Of a DNA stretch of 64,000 bases, positions 29,794 through 42,100 are shown piece by piece. Within the stretch, counting starts at the first letter, position 1. Each line of letters opens with the position of its first letter. The stretch lies in NCBI GenBank assembly GCA_036679605.1, contig JAZDCZ010000407.1, forward strand, positions 64,001-128,000. Direction: 5' to 3'. The position numbers and the translations under genes are program-made. Origin of the DNA: Gemmatimonadota bacterium (lineage in GTDB: Bacteria > Gemmatimonadota > Gemmatimonadetes > Gemmatimonadales > GWC2-71-9). The notes under the pieces were generated by a model. That model searched no databases. It saw nothing but the letters and a program-made list of their open reading frames with translations, and was not told the DNA's origin.

Positions 29794-31684
29794 CGGAAAG
29801 CCGGACGGACAACAGCCTCCACGGATGCCGGCTTTCCGATTCCCAATGTTCCTTTTGCTGATAGTAGGTTTGGCCTTCCTGCTGTCTGGATTACGGCAAC
29901 CCATAGATGTCAGAGTGGATATTAATGAGTTTCGCAGCATGGTGGACAGCGGCACTATCTCGGCGATGACTATATCCGGTAACTCCATATCTGGGGAGAG
30001 GACGGACGGCTCCCGCTTCGCGTTGGACTACCCTGTCGGAGCCATTGACTCGGATTTCGTGAAGGAACTCCATGAGAGGGTACCAGACGCTGTCATCATT
30101 GTGGAGAAGCCCAGCGTATGGGTGCAATTGATGGTGATGATGCTCCCATGGTTGCTGATATTCGCCGTCGTCTGGTTTATGTTCCTCCGTCCCGGCGCTA
30201 AGACTGGCGGCAGTGGTCTCATGGGCGGCTTCGGCCGGTCGCGGCATTCCACAATGACTGCGGAGGAGGACACAAATGTCACTTTCGACGATGTTGCTGG
30301 GATCGAGGAGGCAAAAGAGGAGGTCTCGGAGATCGTCGAGTTCCTGAAGTCCCCCAAACGATTCACTAGGTTGGGCGGGCGCGTGCCGCACGGTGTCCTA
30401 TTAGTTGGTGCCCCTGGATGTGGTAAAACATTGCTCGCCAAGGCGATTGCTGGTGAGGCGAACGTGCCGTTTTTGTCGGTGACGGGTTCGGATTTTGTTG
30501 AAATGTTCGTTGGCGTCGGTGCATCTCGTGTGAGGAATCTTTTCGAGGAGGCGAGACAGCGCTCGCCGTGCATCATCTTTATAGATGAGATAGACGCTGT
30601 CGGCAGGAAACGCGGCAACTTCTCAGGCGGCCACGATGAGCGTGAGCAGACACTGAATGCCGTGCTGGTGGAGATGGACGGTTTCAAGAATGACGAGGGC
30701 GTGATAGTCCTCGCCGCCACCAATCGCGCCGACATACTTGACCCCGCGCTCGTCAGGCCTGGCAGGTTTGACAGGCAGGTGCATGTTCCGGCACCTGATG
30801 TGGATGGCAGGCTCGCCATACTGGGCATCCATGTCCAGAGTGTGGTGCTGGGTCCCGATGTTGATCTCCGGAGGATGGCGAGGGGTACCCCTATGTTCAG
30901 CGGCGCGGACTTGGAGGCTCTCGTCAATGAGGCGGCGATAGTTGCCACCATGAAAGGCAATGAACATGTGGGGCAGGACGATTTCGAGGAGGCGAGGGAC
31001 AAGATTAAGTGGGGGAAGGCTCGAAAGAGCCATGTCGCCACCGACGAGGAGCGGAGGCTCACTGCCTATCACGAGGCCGGACATGCGATCGTCCAAGCTC
31101 TGGAGGAGGAGGCTGATCCAATACACAAGGTGAGCATCATACCACGCGGTCCGTTCGGCGGCGCAACATTTTCCCTGCCTGAGAGGGACAGGACATACTA
31201 CACGAAAAGGCATGCCCTCGCCATGTTGCGGGTCATGCTGGGCGGCAGGGTTGCGGAGGAGGAGTTCCTCGGTGACATCAGCAGCGGGGCGTCGTCTGAC
31301 ATATGTCAGGCCACAGCACTCGCTCGGCGGATGGTGGAGGAGTGGGGTATGGACGACGAAATAGGATTTGTCCACCATGGGACGGACGGTGAAATGTGGT
31401 CGGTTAGGCCATCGCCGGACACCGCACGCAGGATCGAGGAGCAGATCAAGAGGCTCGTTGATGTGGCGAAGGACGGCGCGAGGCAGACAATCAAGGATGC
31501 CCTAGACAAGTGTGAGGAGATCGCGAAGGCACTACTCGAGTATGAGACCATAACGGGTGATGAGGTCACAGGACTCGTCGAGGGCAGGCCGATTGACAGG
31601 CCGGAGCCACCTTTGCCGACCACCGTCCCACCACTTTGCGACCGCAGTGTGGTGGACGATCTGCTTGATGGAGCCAACGGATAG
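29786..31684 (+). CDS. ftsH: ATP-dependent zinc metalloprotease FtsH
   Basis: Two TM segments, [20 protein letters not shown]. Confidence 0.95.
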   Translation: MSNGKPDGQQPPRMPAFRFPMFLLLIVGLAFLLSGLRQPIDVRVDINEFRSMVDSGTISAMTISGNSISGERTDGSRFALDYPVGAIDSDFVKELHERVPDAVIIVEKPSVWVQLMVMMLPWLLIFAVVWFMFLRPGAKTGGSGLMGGFGRSRHSTMTAEEDTNVTFDDVAGIEEAKEEVSEIVEFLKSPKRFTRLGGRVPHGVLLVGAPGCGKTLLAKAIAGEANVPFLSVTGSDFVEMFVGVGASRVRNLFEEARQRSPCIIFIDEIDAVGRKRGNFSGGHDEREQTLNAVLVEMDGFKNDEGVIVLAATNRADILDPALVRPGRFDRQVHVPAPDVDGRLAILGIHVQSVVLGPDVDLRRMARGTPMFSGADLEALVNEAAIVATMKGNEHVGQDDFEEARDKIKWGKARKSHVATDEERRLTAYHEAGHAIVQALEEEADPIHKVSIIPRGPFGGATFSLPERDRTYYTKRHALAMLRVMLGGRVAEEEFLGDISSGASSDICQATALARRMVEEWGMDDEIGFVHHGTDGEMWSVRPSPDTARRIEEQIKRLVDVAKDGARQTIKDALDKCEEIAKALLEYETITGDEVTGLVEGRPIDRPEPPLPTTVPPLCDRSVVDDLLDGANG

Positions 31685-31706
31685 ACTGTTTCAGGAGGAT
31701 GAGATC

Positions 31707-31931
31707 ATGAGGAAGCCGGAGAAGCCGGGCGCGGCAGGGCAGAAGGCCGCAGTGAACATCATGAGGCAGCGCGCGAAGGCGGAGGAGCGTCGTGGTGTAT
31801 CTGAGAACGCCGTGCGGGAGACGATGGATGAGTTTGAGGAGAGGCGGAAGGCAAAGGAGGCCATCGAGGCCGACGACGCGTCGAGCGGCACATCAGGTGG
31901 CGGGCGAGATGGCTTTGGCTTGGATATCTGA
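31707..31931 (+). CDS. Hypothetical protein
   Basis: AGGAGG RBS; charged helix. Confidence 0.5.
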   Translation: MRKPEKPGAAGQKAAVNIMRQRAKAEERRGVSENAVRETMDEFEERRKAKEAIEADDASSGTSGGGRDGFGLDI

Positions 31932-31994
31932 TAAAGTTTCCGGCATATCCGGTGATTGGAAGATGTTTGCGAAATCCAATGGAGGGAACACTTG

Positions 31995-32159
31995 ATGGCA
32001 ACACCACTGGAAACCCGAAAATCGGAATGCGCCGCACGGCTACGGGACACGCTGGACAGGAACAGAAAAGTCTGTCGAGAGCTCAAGGAGGCGGTGGAGA
32101 ATTGCATCGCCAAAGCGACTGACCCAGAGGTGTCAGAGGATACGCAGCCGTCGGATTAG
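31995..32159 (+). CDS. Hypothetical protein
   Basis: GGAGG RBS. Confidence 0.45.
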   Translation: MATPLETRKSECAARLRDTLDRNRKVCRELKEAVENCIAKATDPEVSEDTQPSD

Positions 32160-32174
32160 GTCACGGAGGATCGT

Positions 32175-32411
32175 ATGCGCAATGCAAACCGAGAGGCAGA
32201 CAGAATAGTGATGGCGGCGTTGACATCCGCTGACTTGTTGGAGAGGGCAAAGGGTGCCATCGAGGCTGGTGAGGGTTTCGTCTACGACATCGCCGCTGAA
32301 TATGGCCAAATGGTGGACAATGTGGGTCACATGGGATGGTTCGTCGAGGCGGTGGCGAATTGGCTGATAGACAACACGCGTAGGTGGTCTCGGCTTCCAC
32401 ATTTTGGTTAG
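32175..32411 (+). CDS. Hypothetical protein
   Basis: GGAGG RBS. Confidence 0.5.
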   Translation: MRNANREADRIVMAALTSADLLERAKGAIEAGEGFVYDIAAEYGQMVDNVGHMGWFVEAVANWLIDNTRRWSRLPHFG

Positions 32412-32480
32412 CCGTCAGCAGCAGGTGTATAGTGGAACTGACGCGACGCTTTGGCGCCGCGTTTTTTTGGAGGATGATGG

Positions 32481-33095
32481 ATGCCGAAGTCCGAGAACAT
32501 TGCCGCAGATATTATCGAGCAGACTGAGGGTGAGCAGGTGGTCGAAGAGCAGCGCCCGACGACTACGCCTGGCATGCAATGGTGCATTATACGAGCCACC
32601 ACCAACATGGAGAACAGGGTGATGAAGTCGCTGGCTAGTGGCAGGATACCCGGCATCGGGCGGGTTTTGGTGCCGACTGTGGCCGAACGGCGTGCGAAGG
32701 GCGGCGAGAGCATAGTGGTGGAGAGGCGGCTGTACCCTGGCTATGTGTGGGCGGAGATTGTCCTAGAGGACGGTTTGGTGCCGGACGATGTGTGGTACGC
32801 GATAGGCGGCGTCACTGGGTGTATCGGCGTGTTGGGGGATAGAAAACCCTCGCATGTGTCGGAGGAGGAGGCCATCGCCATGTTGGAGGTTGCGTATCAG
32901 AAGGAGAAGCGGATCAAGGGTCCGGATTTCGCTCTTGGCGATATGGTGGCTGTCCGGGACGGCAGCTTTGAGGGTCATGAGGGGGTTGTGGAGAAGATCG
33001 ATGAGAGGAAGTGCATGGCCACTGTGGACATCGTGATATTCGGGCGATCCACCCCAGTGGATATCGAAATTTGGGCGTTGGAGAAGACCGTCTGA
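32481..33095 (+). CDS. nusG: Transcription antitermination factor NusG
   Basis: LYPGYV NGN domain; KOW DGSFEGHEG..IFGRSTPV. Confidence 0.92.
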   Translation: MPKSENIAADIIEQTEGEQVVEEQRPTTTPGMQWCIIRATTNMENRVMKSLASGRIPGIGRVLVPTVAERRAKGGESIVVERRLYPGYVWAEIVLEDGLVPDDVWYAIGGVTGCIGVLGDRKPSHVSEEEAIAMLEVAYQKEKRIKGPDFALGDMVAVRDGSFEGHEGVVEKIDERKCMATVDIVIFGRSTPVDIEIWALEKTV

Positions 33096-33173
33096 GGTTT
33101 AGGATGATAATTAGCAGTTAAGGAACTGATTGATATCAGGAGAAAATTGATGTAGCAGCGGAAAAAAGTCCTT

Positions 33174-33467
33174 ATGAAATCAGTACTCAAACTTCTGACT
33201 GGTATCTTTGGAGTATCGTTCGCTATATTCAGGCGGAGGGTGGCACCATGCCATCCACCCGAACCTGTCAGGGAACCCCTCCCGATAACAGCCGTTGACA
33301 GCATTGCCCTCTGCCACGTGCCGGAACATTGGCCACCCCACTATAATGTCAACATGGAGCCGTGCGACATGACGGATGGCCCGTGTTGCTGTGGTGCGTG
33401 GCACGACCATGGTGAGGACTGGGTTCGGAATGGGGTTGCTCGGTTCGGGGTTCGACCTACCGTATAA
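33174..33467 (+). CDS. Hypothetical protein
   Basis: 97 aa with PCDM..GPCCCGAWH. Confidence 0.45.
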   Translation: MKSVLKLLTGIFGVSFAIFRRRVAPCHPPEPVREPLPITAVDSIALCHVPEHWPPHYNVNMEPCDMTDGPCCCGAWHDHGEDWVRNGVARFGVRPTV

Positions 33468-33715
33468 TCCGGTGTTTAGATGTCCGGTAGCGCTACTCTC
33501 GAATCACGCAGGCGTTTGTCTAGCTCCGCTCCCGCATAGGGCGAGCATTCCGATAAGTATCTCCCGATTGTGATAAGCCAGTATGTTTCATAATTTTTCG
33601 TGGGAGAGCCGCCCGGAGGGCGGCTCTCTGTGCGACACATTCCGTAGGCGGATTCCTTTTGCTGATATTAATGAGCAGACGGTCGGTAGTCGACCGCATA
33701 TTAAAGGAGACGGAT

Positions 33716-33916
33716 ATGAGAGCGATCAGGAATCTTCTATGTTTGTCGGTGTTAGCTGCAGCCATTTTGTTTGCAGGTGGGTGCGTTCTGGACGATGTTG
33801 TCGTGGATATTATCGTACCTGGATATGGCGGAGATATCTATTCGGACTATAATGGCGGCTGCTACTGCGATGATTTTTCCGACGATTTTTCTTTCGATTT
33901 CTACTCGGATTTCTAG
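33716..33916 (+). CDS. Small putative lipoprotein
   Basis: Signal peptide ending AGGC; AAGGAG RBS. Confidence 0.55.
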   Translation: MRAIRNLLCLSVLAAAILFAGGCVLDDVVVDIIVPGYGGDIYSDYNGGCYCDDFSDDFSFDFYSDF

Positions 33917-34001
33917 GTTATACGGATGAAACTCCGTAGGCAGAACCACATCTGGCTTAGTATGTTTGTAAGGAAACGGAAACCAAAACAGGAGAACGAA
34001 A

Positions 34002-34730
34002 ATGGCGACTACCACGAAAACCACGAAAAAGACCACCGCGAAGAAGTCCACGACCGCGAAAAAGACCGCCAAGATCACCGAGCGACCCAAAGTTGCCCCG
34101 GCAGTCGATCCATTCGCCCCCGCCCCAGTGTCCGCTACGAAGAAAACTCCTGCTGGCGACAACATCAATAATGCCCCGTCGGACGACGCGGAGCTGGGCA
34201 ATATCTCAGCCGACATTGCCAGCTTCGCAGAGGCCAAAGCCGAGTGGAAGGCAGCCGAGGCTCGCTGGAAAGCCCTATCTGGCACCGTGCTGTCCTATTC
34301 TAAACGCATTTTGCTTGCCTTGATGGTCAAGAACCAGTCTAAGGCACCGAGCCAAAAGCTGGTCGGCGATAAAAATGCCATCGTGACTACCTTCTACGCG
34401 GACAAAGTCCTCAGTATGGAAGGCAAGAACTCCGGACGGTACGAAACCCTATGCGACATGTTCGATAAGGAAACTGTCGATACGGAGATCGTGGAGTTCA
34501 CTGGATGGACCATCCCCAACGAGAAGATGGCAGACAAGAAGCTCGTTGAAAAGATGAAGGCGGCTCTCCAAGACGCGCTGACAGGCGATGAACTCGATGG
34601 ACTGTTTGTCCCGTCACACAAGAGTCGAAAGGGCGTCGTGGATAAGGCCGCACAGTTGTGCGACAATGACACCGAGAAGATGGACATTCTTCTGCAGCTC
34701 ACCGTCCCGTCGCCGACATTGAAAGGCTAA
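34002..34730 (+). CDS. Hypothetical protein with Lys/Thr-rich histone-like N-terminus
   Basis: TTKTTKKTTAKKSTTAKK; AGGAG RBS. Confidence 0.7.
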   Translation: MATTTKTTKKTTAKKSTTAKKTAKITERPKVAPAVDPFAPAPVSATKKTPAGDNINNAPSDDAELGNISADIASFAEAKAEWKAAEARWKALSGTVLSYSKRILLALMVKNQSKAPSQKLVGDKNAIVTTFYADKVLSMEGKNSGRYETLCDMFDKETVDTEIVEFTGWTIPNEKMADKKLVEKMKAALQDALTGDELDGLFVPSHKSRKGVVDKAAQLCDNDTEKMDILLQLTVPSPTLKG

Positions 34731-34746
34731 TTCGATGCTATCCTTC

Positions 34747-34772
34747 AGAGCCACCTTCGGGTGGCTCTTTTT
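34747..34772 (+). terminator. Rho-independent terminator
   Basis: AGAGCCACC-TTCG-GGTGGCTCT plus T run. Confidence 0.85.
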
Positions 34773-34843
34773 AATTAGTCAATTTTGGCGTGGAATCGGC
34801 TTTTTTGCGCGTTGTATTGTGTTAAGCCCCATCTCTATTTCCG

Positions 34844-37800
34844 ATGTCTTTGCGCAGATATGTTTTCGTGAAACGGATACTCTTCCGTTGGATTAAGCTC
34901 CCTGGCGGCGCTGATCGTGTGATGCGCGTGGGTGAATACATTGATTTCGATTTTGAGACGGAGAGAGGCCATTATGTTGAGGGTACGCTCAGCAGCCCGT
35001 TGGGCGGCACATCCTTCCGGATCGTCGCCCGCGAGTTTTTAGGGCTTCTGGATGACCGCAATGGTTCGCATGTTTTGGAGGAGGTAGGCCTTGCCTGTGA
35101 TCTGGCATGTGGTGGCAGCGGGGGGGGTATTGTAGGCTCAACTGGAGCCACTGGAGCCACTGGTATTGGAGTCACAGGCCCCACTGGGCCTCTTGGCGGT
35201 CCTTTAGGTCCGACTGGCCCGACAGGTCCGGCAGGAGCGCCAACCGGAGCGACAGGGGTTGGTATAACGGGTCCAACTGGTCCAACAGGCATTGTTGGTC
35301 CAACAGGCTTTGGTTCAGCAGGACCAACTGGATCAACTGGAACGATGGGATTCATCGGACCCACAGGCCCCACTGGGCCTCTCGGTGGCCCTCTAGGTCC
35401 GACTGGCCCGACAGGTGCGGTGGGTCCAGCAGGAGCGCCAACCGGAGCAACAGGGGTCACAGGAAACACTGGCAACACTGGTGCGATAGGTCCGACAGGC
35501 GTCGGACTGTTGGGTCCAACAGGTGTGGGTGCAGCAGGCTCGACAGGAGCTACTGGTCCCATTGGGCCAGCCGGTGCGCCGACAGGAGTCACTGGGGCGA
35601 CAGGCACAGCGGGTCCAGCCGGAGGCACGGGTTCCATGGGTTTGCCAGGACCTGTAGGCAGCACTGGTGCCACTGGTATTGGATTTACTGGTGCTACTGG
35701 CTCAATTGGTCCAGCCGGTGGTTCCACAGGACCAACTGGGGCTACTGGATCCGTTGGTCCGGCAGGCGCGCCCACTGGGGCCACCGGAGCCACTGGCGTG
35801 ACAGGTGCAGGAGCCACTGGCCCTACTGGCCCGGCTGGCGCTCCCACAGGAGCGACAGGCATCACGGGTTCGACAGGGTTGGTAGGCACTACTGGGCCGA
35901 CCGGCGTAGGTCTGGTCGGCAGCATGGGATTCACAGGTAGCACGGGCTCCACAGGCAGCGCAGGTCTTATTGGAGCTGCAGGCAGCACTGGCACTACTGG
36001 TATTGGTATGCCGGGTTTTACAGGTGCTACAGGCGCGACTGGTCCAGCCGGAGGTCCCATTGGCCCGACGGGGGTTACAGGTCCAATCGGGCCAGCAGGT
36101 GCGCCGACCGGAGCCACTGGCTCGACAGGTGCCACAGGTATGGGTGCGACTGGTCCAATAGGTCCGGCAGGAGCACCGACCGGAGCAACAGGTGGTACTG
36201 GAAGCACGGGTTTGACAGGTATTGGTCTGCCAGGACCGACAGGCGCGACCGGATCGGGTTCCACAGGAGCCACAGGAGCCACAGGTCCTGCTGGTGCACC
36301 AACTGGAGCCACGGGTTCCACGGGTGGTACAGGCTTGGCGGGTGTGACTGGATTGGTTGGCAACACAGGATCTGCTGGAGCGACAGGCGCTGCTGGTCCG
36401 GCTGGTCCGACTGGTTTCACAGGCGGCGCTGGCATCACTGGATTGCAGGGTGCTACAGGCCTGATAGGTACCACGGGTTCGACTGGTACCACAGGTTTGA
36501 CTGGCGCAGCCGGCGAGTGGTTCAGTGGGGTGGGCGTGCCGTCGCCTGGTCTTGGCAAGATCGGCGATTTTTACATCGACAGCATTACGGGTGACTACTT
36601 CGAGAAGACTGGGATTACCACTTGGGCATTCCGTGGGAATTTGAAAGGTTCAGGTGGAGGTACAGGTTCGACAGGTTCGTCGGGCGTCGTTGGTGCCACT
36701 GGAGCCGGAGCCACAGGTTCCACAGGGTCCACAGGACCCGCTGGCCCAGCAGGCGCGCCAACTGGTTCTACGGGTTCTACTGGTATCGTGGGTGCCACAG
36801 GCGCAACAGGACCGGCTGGAGCCTCTACAGGAGCGACTGGCGGTATCGGGGCAACAGGCACCATTGGAGCCACTGGGATTGTTGGTCCAACAGGTGCTGG
36901 TGCGACAGGCGCGACTGGCCAAGGTTCCACTGGCTCCACTGGAGCAAAAGGAAGCACGGGTAACACTGGATCGGCAGGTGCTACTGGATTTGGGTCCACC
37001 GGAGCCACTGGAAATCCCGGGACAACAGGGGCAACCGGATCCACGGGTTCTGGATTAACAGGAGCCACAGGCGCTGGTGTAACTGGTGCCACTGGTGCCA
37101 CTGGTTCGACTGGTTCAGGAACCACGGGGGTCACAGGTGCGACAGGTGTCACCGGACCTGCTGGTGCACCAACAGGATCGACGGGTGCCACCGGACCTGC
37201 AGGTATTGCAGGTCCTGCGGGCGCACCGACTGGCGCGACAGGTTTATCAGGCCCTGCGGGTCCGAGCGGAATCACAGGTCCTACCGGCCCGACTGGCATC
37301 TTTGGAGCAACTGGTCCGACAGGTTCGTTTGGATCCACTGGATCCACTGGATTTGGCGGTAGCACAGGTTCCACGGGTTCTGCGGGTTCGACAGGAACTA
37401 TCGGTGGAACTGGTTTAACTGGTTCAACTGGTGCGGATGGTAGTGAATGGTTCACAGGTGTTGGTGTACCGTCACCCGGACTGGGTGTCGTCGGTGACTT
37501 TTACCTTGACGGTTTTGCGGGCGATTATTTTGAGAAGACCGGAACAGGCGTTTGGACTTTCCGCGGAAATTTGAAGGGGCCGACCGGACCTATTGGCCCT
37601 CTTGGCGCGACTGGAGTTGGAGTGACTGGTTCCGTTGGTCCCACAGGCCCACTCGGCGGACCATCGGGTGCGACTGGCTTGGTTGGTCCTACTGGCGCAA
37701 CAGGTCCAGCAGGAGCGCCGACAGGAGCTACTGGAGTAACTGGCTCGCTCGGTCCGACTGGTGCAACAGGTGCTGGTATCACTGGCCCAACTGGGTTAGG

Positions 37801-38578
37801 TGTCACAGGCACGGCAGGAGCTACAGGTACGACTGGTCCTGTCGGACCCGCTGGGGCTCCCACTGGTCCAACTGGGCCTGCTGGACCACCTGGCATAGCT
37901 GGACCGGCTGGCGCGTCTACTGGTGCGACCGGATCGACAGGTCAAACTGGTCCAACTGGTTCCACTGGCATGTCTGGCTCAAAGTGGTTTGACGGCATCG
38001 CCGCGCCGACGGGCGGGCTGGGCAATGTGGGAGATTTTTACCTCAATGATACGACTGGGGAGTATTTCGAGAAGAGCGGCACGACCATCTGGACATTGAA
38101 GGGTAACCTTACCGGCCCTCTCGGTGCAACTGGCGCGACTGGCTCACTGGGTCCGATTGGATCCACTGGATCCACTGGATCCACTGGGGTGGCTGGTCCC
38201 AACATAAGCGGCCCATACCAAGGCGATCTCCGCGACGACGAGAAACCTTGGATAAGGATCAAGAACTTGGATTATACTCTTATCGCGACATTCCGGTTCG
38301 CTGGGACGGGTGAATGGACTCCTGCGGCTTTTAGGGCGGTTCTGCAGGCCAAAACCACTCCGGTCGCGGGGCAGAGACACCAAGTGCGTCTTTGGGATTT
38401 GACGCATGGTGTCCCAATTGCGACATTGGACGAGCTGCTGACGGAGGATAAGGTGATATATTCCACTGTTTCGTTGGCAAATCTTCCCGCAGTCGAAGCT
38501 ATATTTGAGGTGCAGGTTAAGAGGTCATCCACCTCCACGCCGGAGGGAAGGATTTCGTATGTGATGCTCGACCTTTAG
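34844..38578 (+). CDS. Collagen-like (Gly-X-Thr) fibre protein
   Basis: Long GPT/GAT/GST repeats interrupted by three WFxG..GLGxxGDFY..YFEK..W..GNL modules. Confidence 0.9.
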   Translation: MSLRRYVFVKRILFRWIKLPGGADRVMRVGEYIDFDFETERGHYVEGTLSSPLGGTSFRIVAREFLGLLDDRNGSHVLEEVGLACDLACGGSGGGIVGSTGATGATGIGVTGPTGPLGGPLGPTGPTGPAGAPTGATGVGITGPTGPTGIVGPTGFGSAGPTGSTGTMGFIGPTGPTGPLGGPLGPTGPTGAVGPAGAPTGATGVTGNTGNTGAIGPTGVGLLGPTGVGAAGSTGATGPIGPAGAPTGVTGATGTAGPAGGTGSMGLPGPVGSTGATGIGFTGATGSIGPAGGSTGPTGATGSVGPAGAPTGATGATGVTGAGATGPTGPAGAPTGATGITGSTGLVGTTGPTGVGLVGSMGFTGSTGSTGSAGLIGAAGSTGTTGIGMPGFTGATGATGPAGGPIGPTGVTGPIGPAGAPTGATGSTGATGMGATGPIGPAGAPTGATGGTGSTGLTGIGLPGPTGATGSGSTGATGATGPAGAPTGATGSTGGTGLAGVTGLVGNTGSAGATGAAGPAGPTGFTGGAGITGLQGATGLIGTTGSTGTTGLTGAAGEWFSGVGVPSPGLGKIGDFYIDSITGDYFEKTGITTWAFRGNLKGSGGGTGSTGSSGVVGATGAGATGSTGSTGPAGPAGAPTGSTGSTGIVGATGATGPAGASTGATGGIGATGTIGATGIVGPTGAGATGATGQGSTGSTGAKGSTGNTGSAGATGFGSTGATGNPGTTGATGSTGSGLTGATGAGVTGATGATGSTGSGTTGVTGATGVTGPAGAPTGSTGATGPAGIAGPAGAPTGATGLSGPAGPSGITGPTGPTGIFGATGPTGSFGSTGSTGFGGSTGSTGSAGSTGTIGGTGLTGSTGADGSEWFTGVGVPSPGLGVVGDFYLDGFAGDYFEKTGTGVWTFRGNLKGPTGPIGPLGATGVGVTGSVGPTGPLGGPSGATGLVGPTGATGPAGAPTGATGVTGSLGPTGATGAGITGPTGLGVTGTAGATGTTGPVGPAGAPTGPTGPAGPPGIAGPAGASTGATGSTGQTGPTGSTGMSGSKWFDGIAAPTGGLGNVGDFYLNDTTGEYFEKSGTTIWTLKGNLTGPLGATGATGSLGPIGSTGSTGSTGVAGPNISGPYQGDLRDDEKPWIRIKNLDYTLIATFRFAGTGEWTPAAFRAVLQAKTTPVAGQRHQVRLWDLTHGVPIATLDELLTEDKVIYSTVSLANLPAVEAIFEVQVKRSSTSTPEGRISYVMLDL

Positions 38579-38592
38579 GTCGGAGGTGTTTT

Positions 38593-39612
38593 ATGGCGAT
38601 ATTTTTCATCTGGAGGGTCTGGTGCAACACGGAGGGCGCATACCATCGCGTGGTCTCCTCTTTGGCACCTACACAGTGTCCAGTCGATCCGGCAGACACC
38701 ATCGATCCCACGAGAAGCGTCATCCTAGAGGAACTCGGGGCCGGCGGCGGCGGCACATCCGTTGAGGTGAGTCTTGTCACGGACAAGGAAACCCCGTTCG
38801 TGAGAATACACGAGTCGTCATGGACGACTTTGGGTGAGATATTCTATCCTGGTACGGATGTGTGGACACCAAGTGTGGCGAGAGTCATTATGGGCAGGGA
38901 AGGTTCTGGGTCGGAGACGGGTGACTTCTGCGCTGGCGGTGGCGTGAAGCCTGCGTCGCTCATGCTGGAGTACACTGGCGAGGGTTGTTTGGCGAGTGCC
39001 AACTCGCAGCCCTCTGACAAGTGGAGTTGTGCGGGCGACCCAGCCATGGCTTCGTCTGTGCGCATAGTGGTGAATAACAAGTCCATATGGAACCAAAGTC
39101 AGGCGAAAGTGTGGCACGATGCCGTTGTCCCACTAAACGGACTTTTCCTAGCTGCGGCATCCAATGCTGGAGAGAGCAAACTGAAGGGGAGTACATGGGT
39201 GCATATATTGTCCTCCCCTGGCGACTCAGTGCTACAGACGGTTAATTTTCACACATCCTGTTCGCAGCCTTTGTTCGCCAATGATCAGTTCGGGAGCGTG
39301 ATTGTTAGGAGCTTCGTCGCGGAGCAGAATAGCGGCGGCTCGGGCGGTGACAGCACGGGACCTGGAACAAATGGCCCAGCGAGTCGCTATCGTTTCAGGT
39401 TATTTGATCTTATGAATGGGAATATATTGGCACAGATACCCGATGACGGCGGCGAAATCACACTGAATGTGCTGGAGGAAATTTTCGAGGCTAGACAGTT
39501 CACAAATCTGCCGATGACGCAGACAATCATAGAGATACAGGCGCACAAGAATGCAGTTGTGGCAAGTGGGGACGATGATGGAAGACTATTCCATGTCGCT
39601 CTGCAGGAGTAG
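38593..39612 (+). CDS. Putative structural protein
   Basis: N-terminal RVWC..PTQCP..ID shared with next gene; FHTSCSQPL insert. Confidence 0.65.
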   Translation: MAIFFIWRVWCNTEGAYHRVVSSLAPTQCPVDPADTIDPTRSVILEELGAGGGGTSVEVSLVTDKETPFVRIHESSWTTLGEIFYPGTDVWTPSVARVIMGREGSGSETGDFCAGGGVKPASLMLEYTGEGCLASANSQPSDKWSCAGDPAMASSVRIVVNNKSIWNQSQAKVWHDAVVPLNGLFLAAASNAGESKLKGSTWVHILSSPGDSVLQTVNFHTSCSQPLFANDQFGSVIVRSFVAEQNSGGSGGDSTGPGTNGPASRYRFRLFDLMNGNILAQIPDDGGEITLNVLEEIFEARQFTNLPMTQTIIEIQAHKNAVVASGDDDGRLFHVALQE

Positions 39613-39621
39613 GGAGGAATA

Positions 39622-40476
39622 ATGGCAAGGGTCAGGAAATACAGGATATGGTGCGTTACGGAGAACAGGTATGTCTTCGAGTGGTCCATAAACACCCCCA
39701 CACAGTGTCCGAACAACTCGGCGGATATTATAGACCCCAGCAACATTGTCGCCATTCAGGGCGCGGGAAAGCCGCGACTCACGGCCGACGGGGATACCAC
39801 GGTCGTCAGGAAGGACAAGGCAGAGTTGACAGGCAATGTTCTCATCATGAAACGCATCGACGCTGAACTCGCTCCACAGGCCATCATGACCAAGGAGTGG
39901 ATAATCCCCTTCGGGAAGACTTGGCGAATGAGACTCTTCGCGTCGTCCGTCATGGCATATGAGGTCGAGTCGCGGTTGGAGTTTTATATTCCCAACGGTC
40001 AAAGCGGATTTGTGAGGGCGAATCCGTTCGGCGACTATGCCGACGAACCCATAGCTGTACTTAAACTGGATGCCAACTCTGACTCTGCGCCGTTTTTTGA
40101 GGGCTTGCATTTCGTGGGCGACGGATCGTCCAAGCTTCGCATGGCTATAGAGAACAAAGATGCCTTAGACTCCGTGGAGGCGTCGGCGTACTTCAACGGG
40201 TATGAGGCGGATTCAATCCAGTCGTCGTCGCCGACAATTGACACGCCATTGTCAGCAGGTGCTGTCACTGTGTCAGGAACGAGCGCTGAGTCGGACGGTA
40301 CCACAGTTCAGGTGTATGTGAACTTGGTTGTCACCAGCGCGCCTGTTTTGGTGACTGGTGGCATTTGGACATTGGGCGGATTGCCCGCTCTCGCTGCCGC
40401 AGACACAGTGCAGGCGAAGTCCACGGTCCTCGGCAAGGATGAGAGTGGTTTCTCTAACAAAGTAATCGTCGTATAA
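39622..40476 (+). CDS. Putative structural protein with C-terminal Ig-like domain
   Basis: YRIWC..PTQCP..IID; VTVSGTS..VQVYVN. Confidence 0.65.
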   Translation: MARVRKYRIWCVTENRYVFEWSINTPTQCPNNSADIIDPSNIVAIQGAGKPRLTADGDTTVVRKDKAELTGNVLIMKRIDAELAPQAIMTKEWIIPFGKTWRMRLFASSVMAYEVESRLEFYIPNGQSGFVRANPFGDYADEPIAVLKLDANSDSAPFFEGLHFVGDGSSKLRMAIENKDALDSVEASAYFNGYEADSIQSSSPTIDTPLSAGAVTVSGTSAESDGTTVQVYVNLVVTSAPVLVTGGIWTLGGLPALAAADTVQAKSTVLGKDESGFSNKVIVV

Positions 40477-40486
40477 GGAGGGCTTT

Positions 40487-41515
40487 ATGGGACGCAGGCG
40501 AACTGAGGCTAGGCAAATTACCCGCCGCATAGCGGTGTATAGCGATTTTAAGGACAAAATAGTTGACAAAGACTTGGCTATGCAGGTGGAAGAGACGGAC
40601 AAATTCTATCTCCTGAAGGCCATAGACGGTCGCAGACTGTGGGTCCATCAGGTGTGGAAATCCACATACCTATCCTCTAGGACTGTGGTAGGTGTGGATC
40701 CAGTGCAGGAGGCGCTTGACCAAACAGACTTTGAGGCCAACCATAAGACCGCAGCCGAGGAAGACCCACCCACCAATGAGATGACGCGTGACGGAAAACT
40801 TTACACTCAGGCCACACCAGCGCCGATCGGCGCGACGACATACTTCACCTCGGTCGGTGATGATCCAGCTAACCCATCAGTAGTCGGCGGTGGCCAACAG
40901 ACGATGATTGACCATCAGGTGGGTGGCGGGGACGTCGTGGTGGATGTGAGGTTCAACATGGCCGCCAATAAGACCTATTTGCACTCCGGTTACCTCACTT
41001 GGGCGTCCTCTGTGCAGGACACAGTGTCCCTGCATGTGGTGGCCAGCGGTAGTACAACTGCAGCTTTGGCTGGCACGAACTACACCACACTTTCGTTTCC
41101 AGGCCATCCTTGGGATGGAAAACTCATCACCCCGGCTGCGCCTGGAGCTGGTGATATAGATGTCATTACGCCAGTCTTGGTAGGTTTCTACCAGAGCGAG
41201 ACAAAGGCTAACAATCCGGTGCCGCGGTATTGGAATGCGACATGGAACCCTGTGACGCAAGTGTATGATGGATTGGTCGCCGCCCCAGCGGGCGACGGTG
41301 AGTTCAATATGTTCACCACGGAGATGCTCCTCCTCTGTTTCGCGAGGGAGATAATACTGGAGGGTACTAACTATTCTCCGTGGATGTTCAACTCCTCAAA
41401 CTCACAGAGGTTGGGCGACGGGATGTTTATCCGGCTCACGCCGAGAACAACAGGCGTCGATCACGCGTGGCGGTGTATGTCCACATTGGTGTTGCACCGC
41501 GAGAAGACACTTTAA
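40487..41515 (+). CDS. Putative structural protein
   Basis: AAGGAGG RBS; beta-rich; same operon. Confidence 0.6.
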   Translation: MGRRRTEARQITRRIAVYSDFKDKIVDKDLAMQVEETDKFYLLKAIDGRRLWVHQVWKSTYLSSRTVVGVDPVQEALDQTDFEANHKTAAEEDPPTNEMTRDGKLYTQATPAPIGATTYFTSVGDDPANPSVVGGGQQTMIDHQVGGGDVVVDVRFNMAANKTYLHSGYLTWASSVQDTVSLHVVASGSTTAALAGTNYTTLSFPGHPWDGKLITPAAPGAGDIDVITPVLVGFYQSETKANNPVPRYWNATWNPVTQVYDGLVAAPAGDGEFNMFTTEMLLLCFAREIILEGTNYSPWMFNSSNSQRLGDGMFIRLTPRTTGVDHAWRCMSTLVLHREKTL

Positions 41516-42072
41516 TCTGAGGATTGTGCCTCGCCAGATTCACCGATGGAACGAGCTGCTCTGATCAGCATTGCAGCCAGTCTCTCGGCTTCCTCCGGCG
41601 TGATTTTCGCCAGTTTGGTTGGAATTTCCACAGTCACGAGATTTCCATCCTTGCTGATCAGCACATTGTCGGTCGCCATACCTGCCATCGAGTAGTTCCA
41701 AGAAATACCCCTTTGTCTGCCCCAGTCCAGCCACGCCGCCGCCGCCTTCGCACGATCTGCCTTGTGTCCTGTGGCTGGATTCACTCCTGTGATCCTTTGC
41801 AGTGCTGAGAGCCAGAATTCCGTCGAATCTCGTTCCAGTGACTCCAGCATGAATGGAATGACCTCTTCACCAAGGGATACGATCTCCAGCCATGCTGGGT
41901 GTTGTATCGCTGCCGCCTCTCCGATTGATCCAGCATCTTTCCTGCAGCGGGCAGCCAGTTCTATGAACCTTTGGTTCGTCGTGCCGCTCGTACTTGGTTC
42001 ACCGCCGCGATGGTGTTGATAACCAAGCAGCTTCGATCTCAGCGCGTTGTCTGGCTTCTTACACCCATCCAT
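41512..42072 (-). CDS. Hypothetical protein (leaderless start)
   Basis: TAGAAT + 5 nt + ATG; HPAWLEIVSLGEEVIP..ALQRITGVNP. Confidence 0.6.
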   Translation of the reverse strand: MDGCKKPDNALRSKLLGYQHHRGGEPSTSGTTNQRFIELAARCRKDAGSIGEAAAIQHPAWLEIVSLGEEVIPFMLESLERDSTEFWLSALQRITGVNPATGHKADRAKAAAAWLDWGRQRGISWNYSMAGMATDNVLISKDGNLVTVEIPTKLAKITPEEAERLAAMLIRAARSIGESGEAQSSD

Positions 42073-42100
42073 ATGGCATTCTATCCGATAGAATCAACTT

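Noticed and set aside
34972..37896. Long Pro/Val-rich minus-strand ORFs
   Set aside because: Antisense shadows of the collagen repeats.
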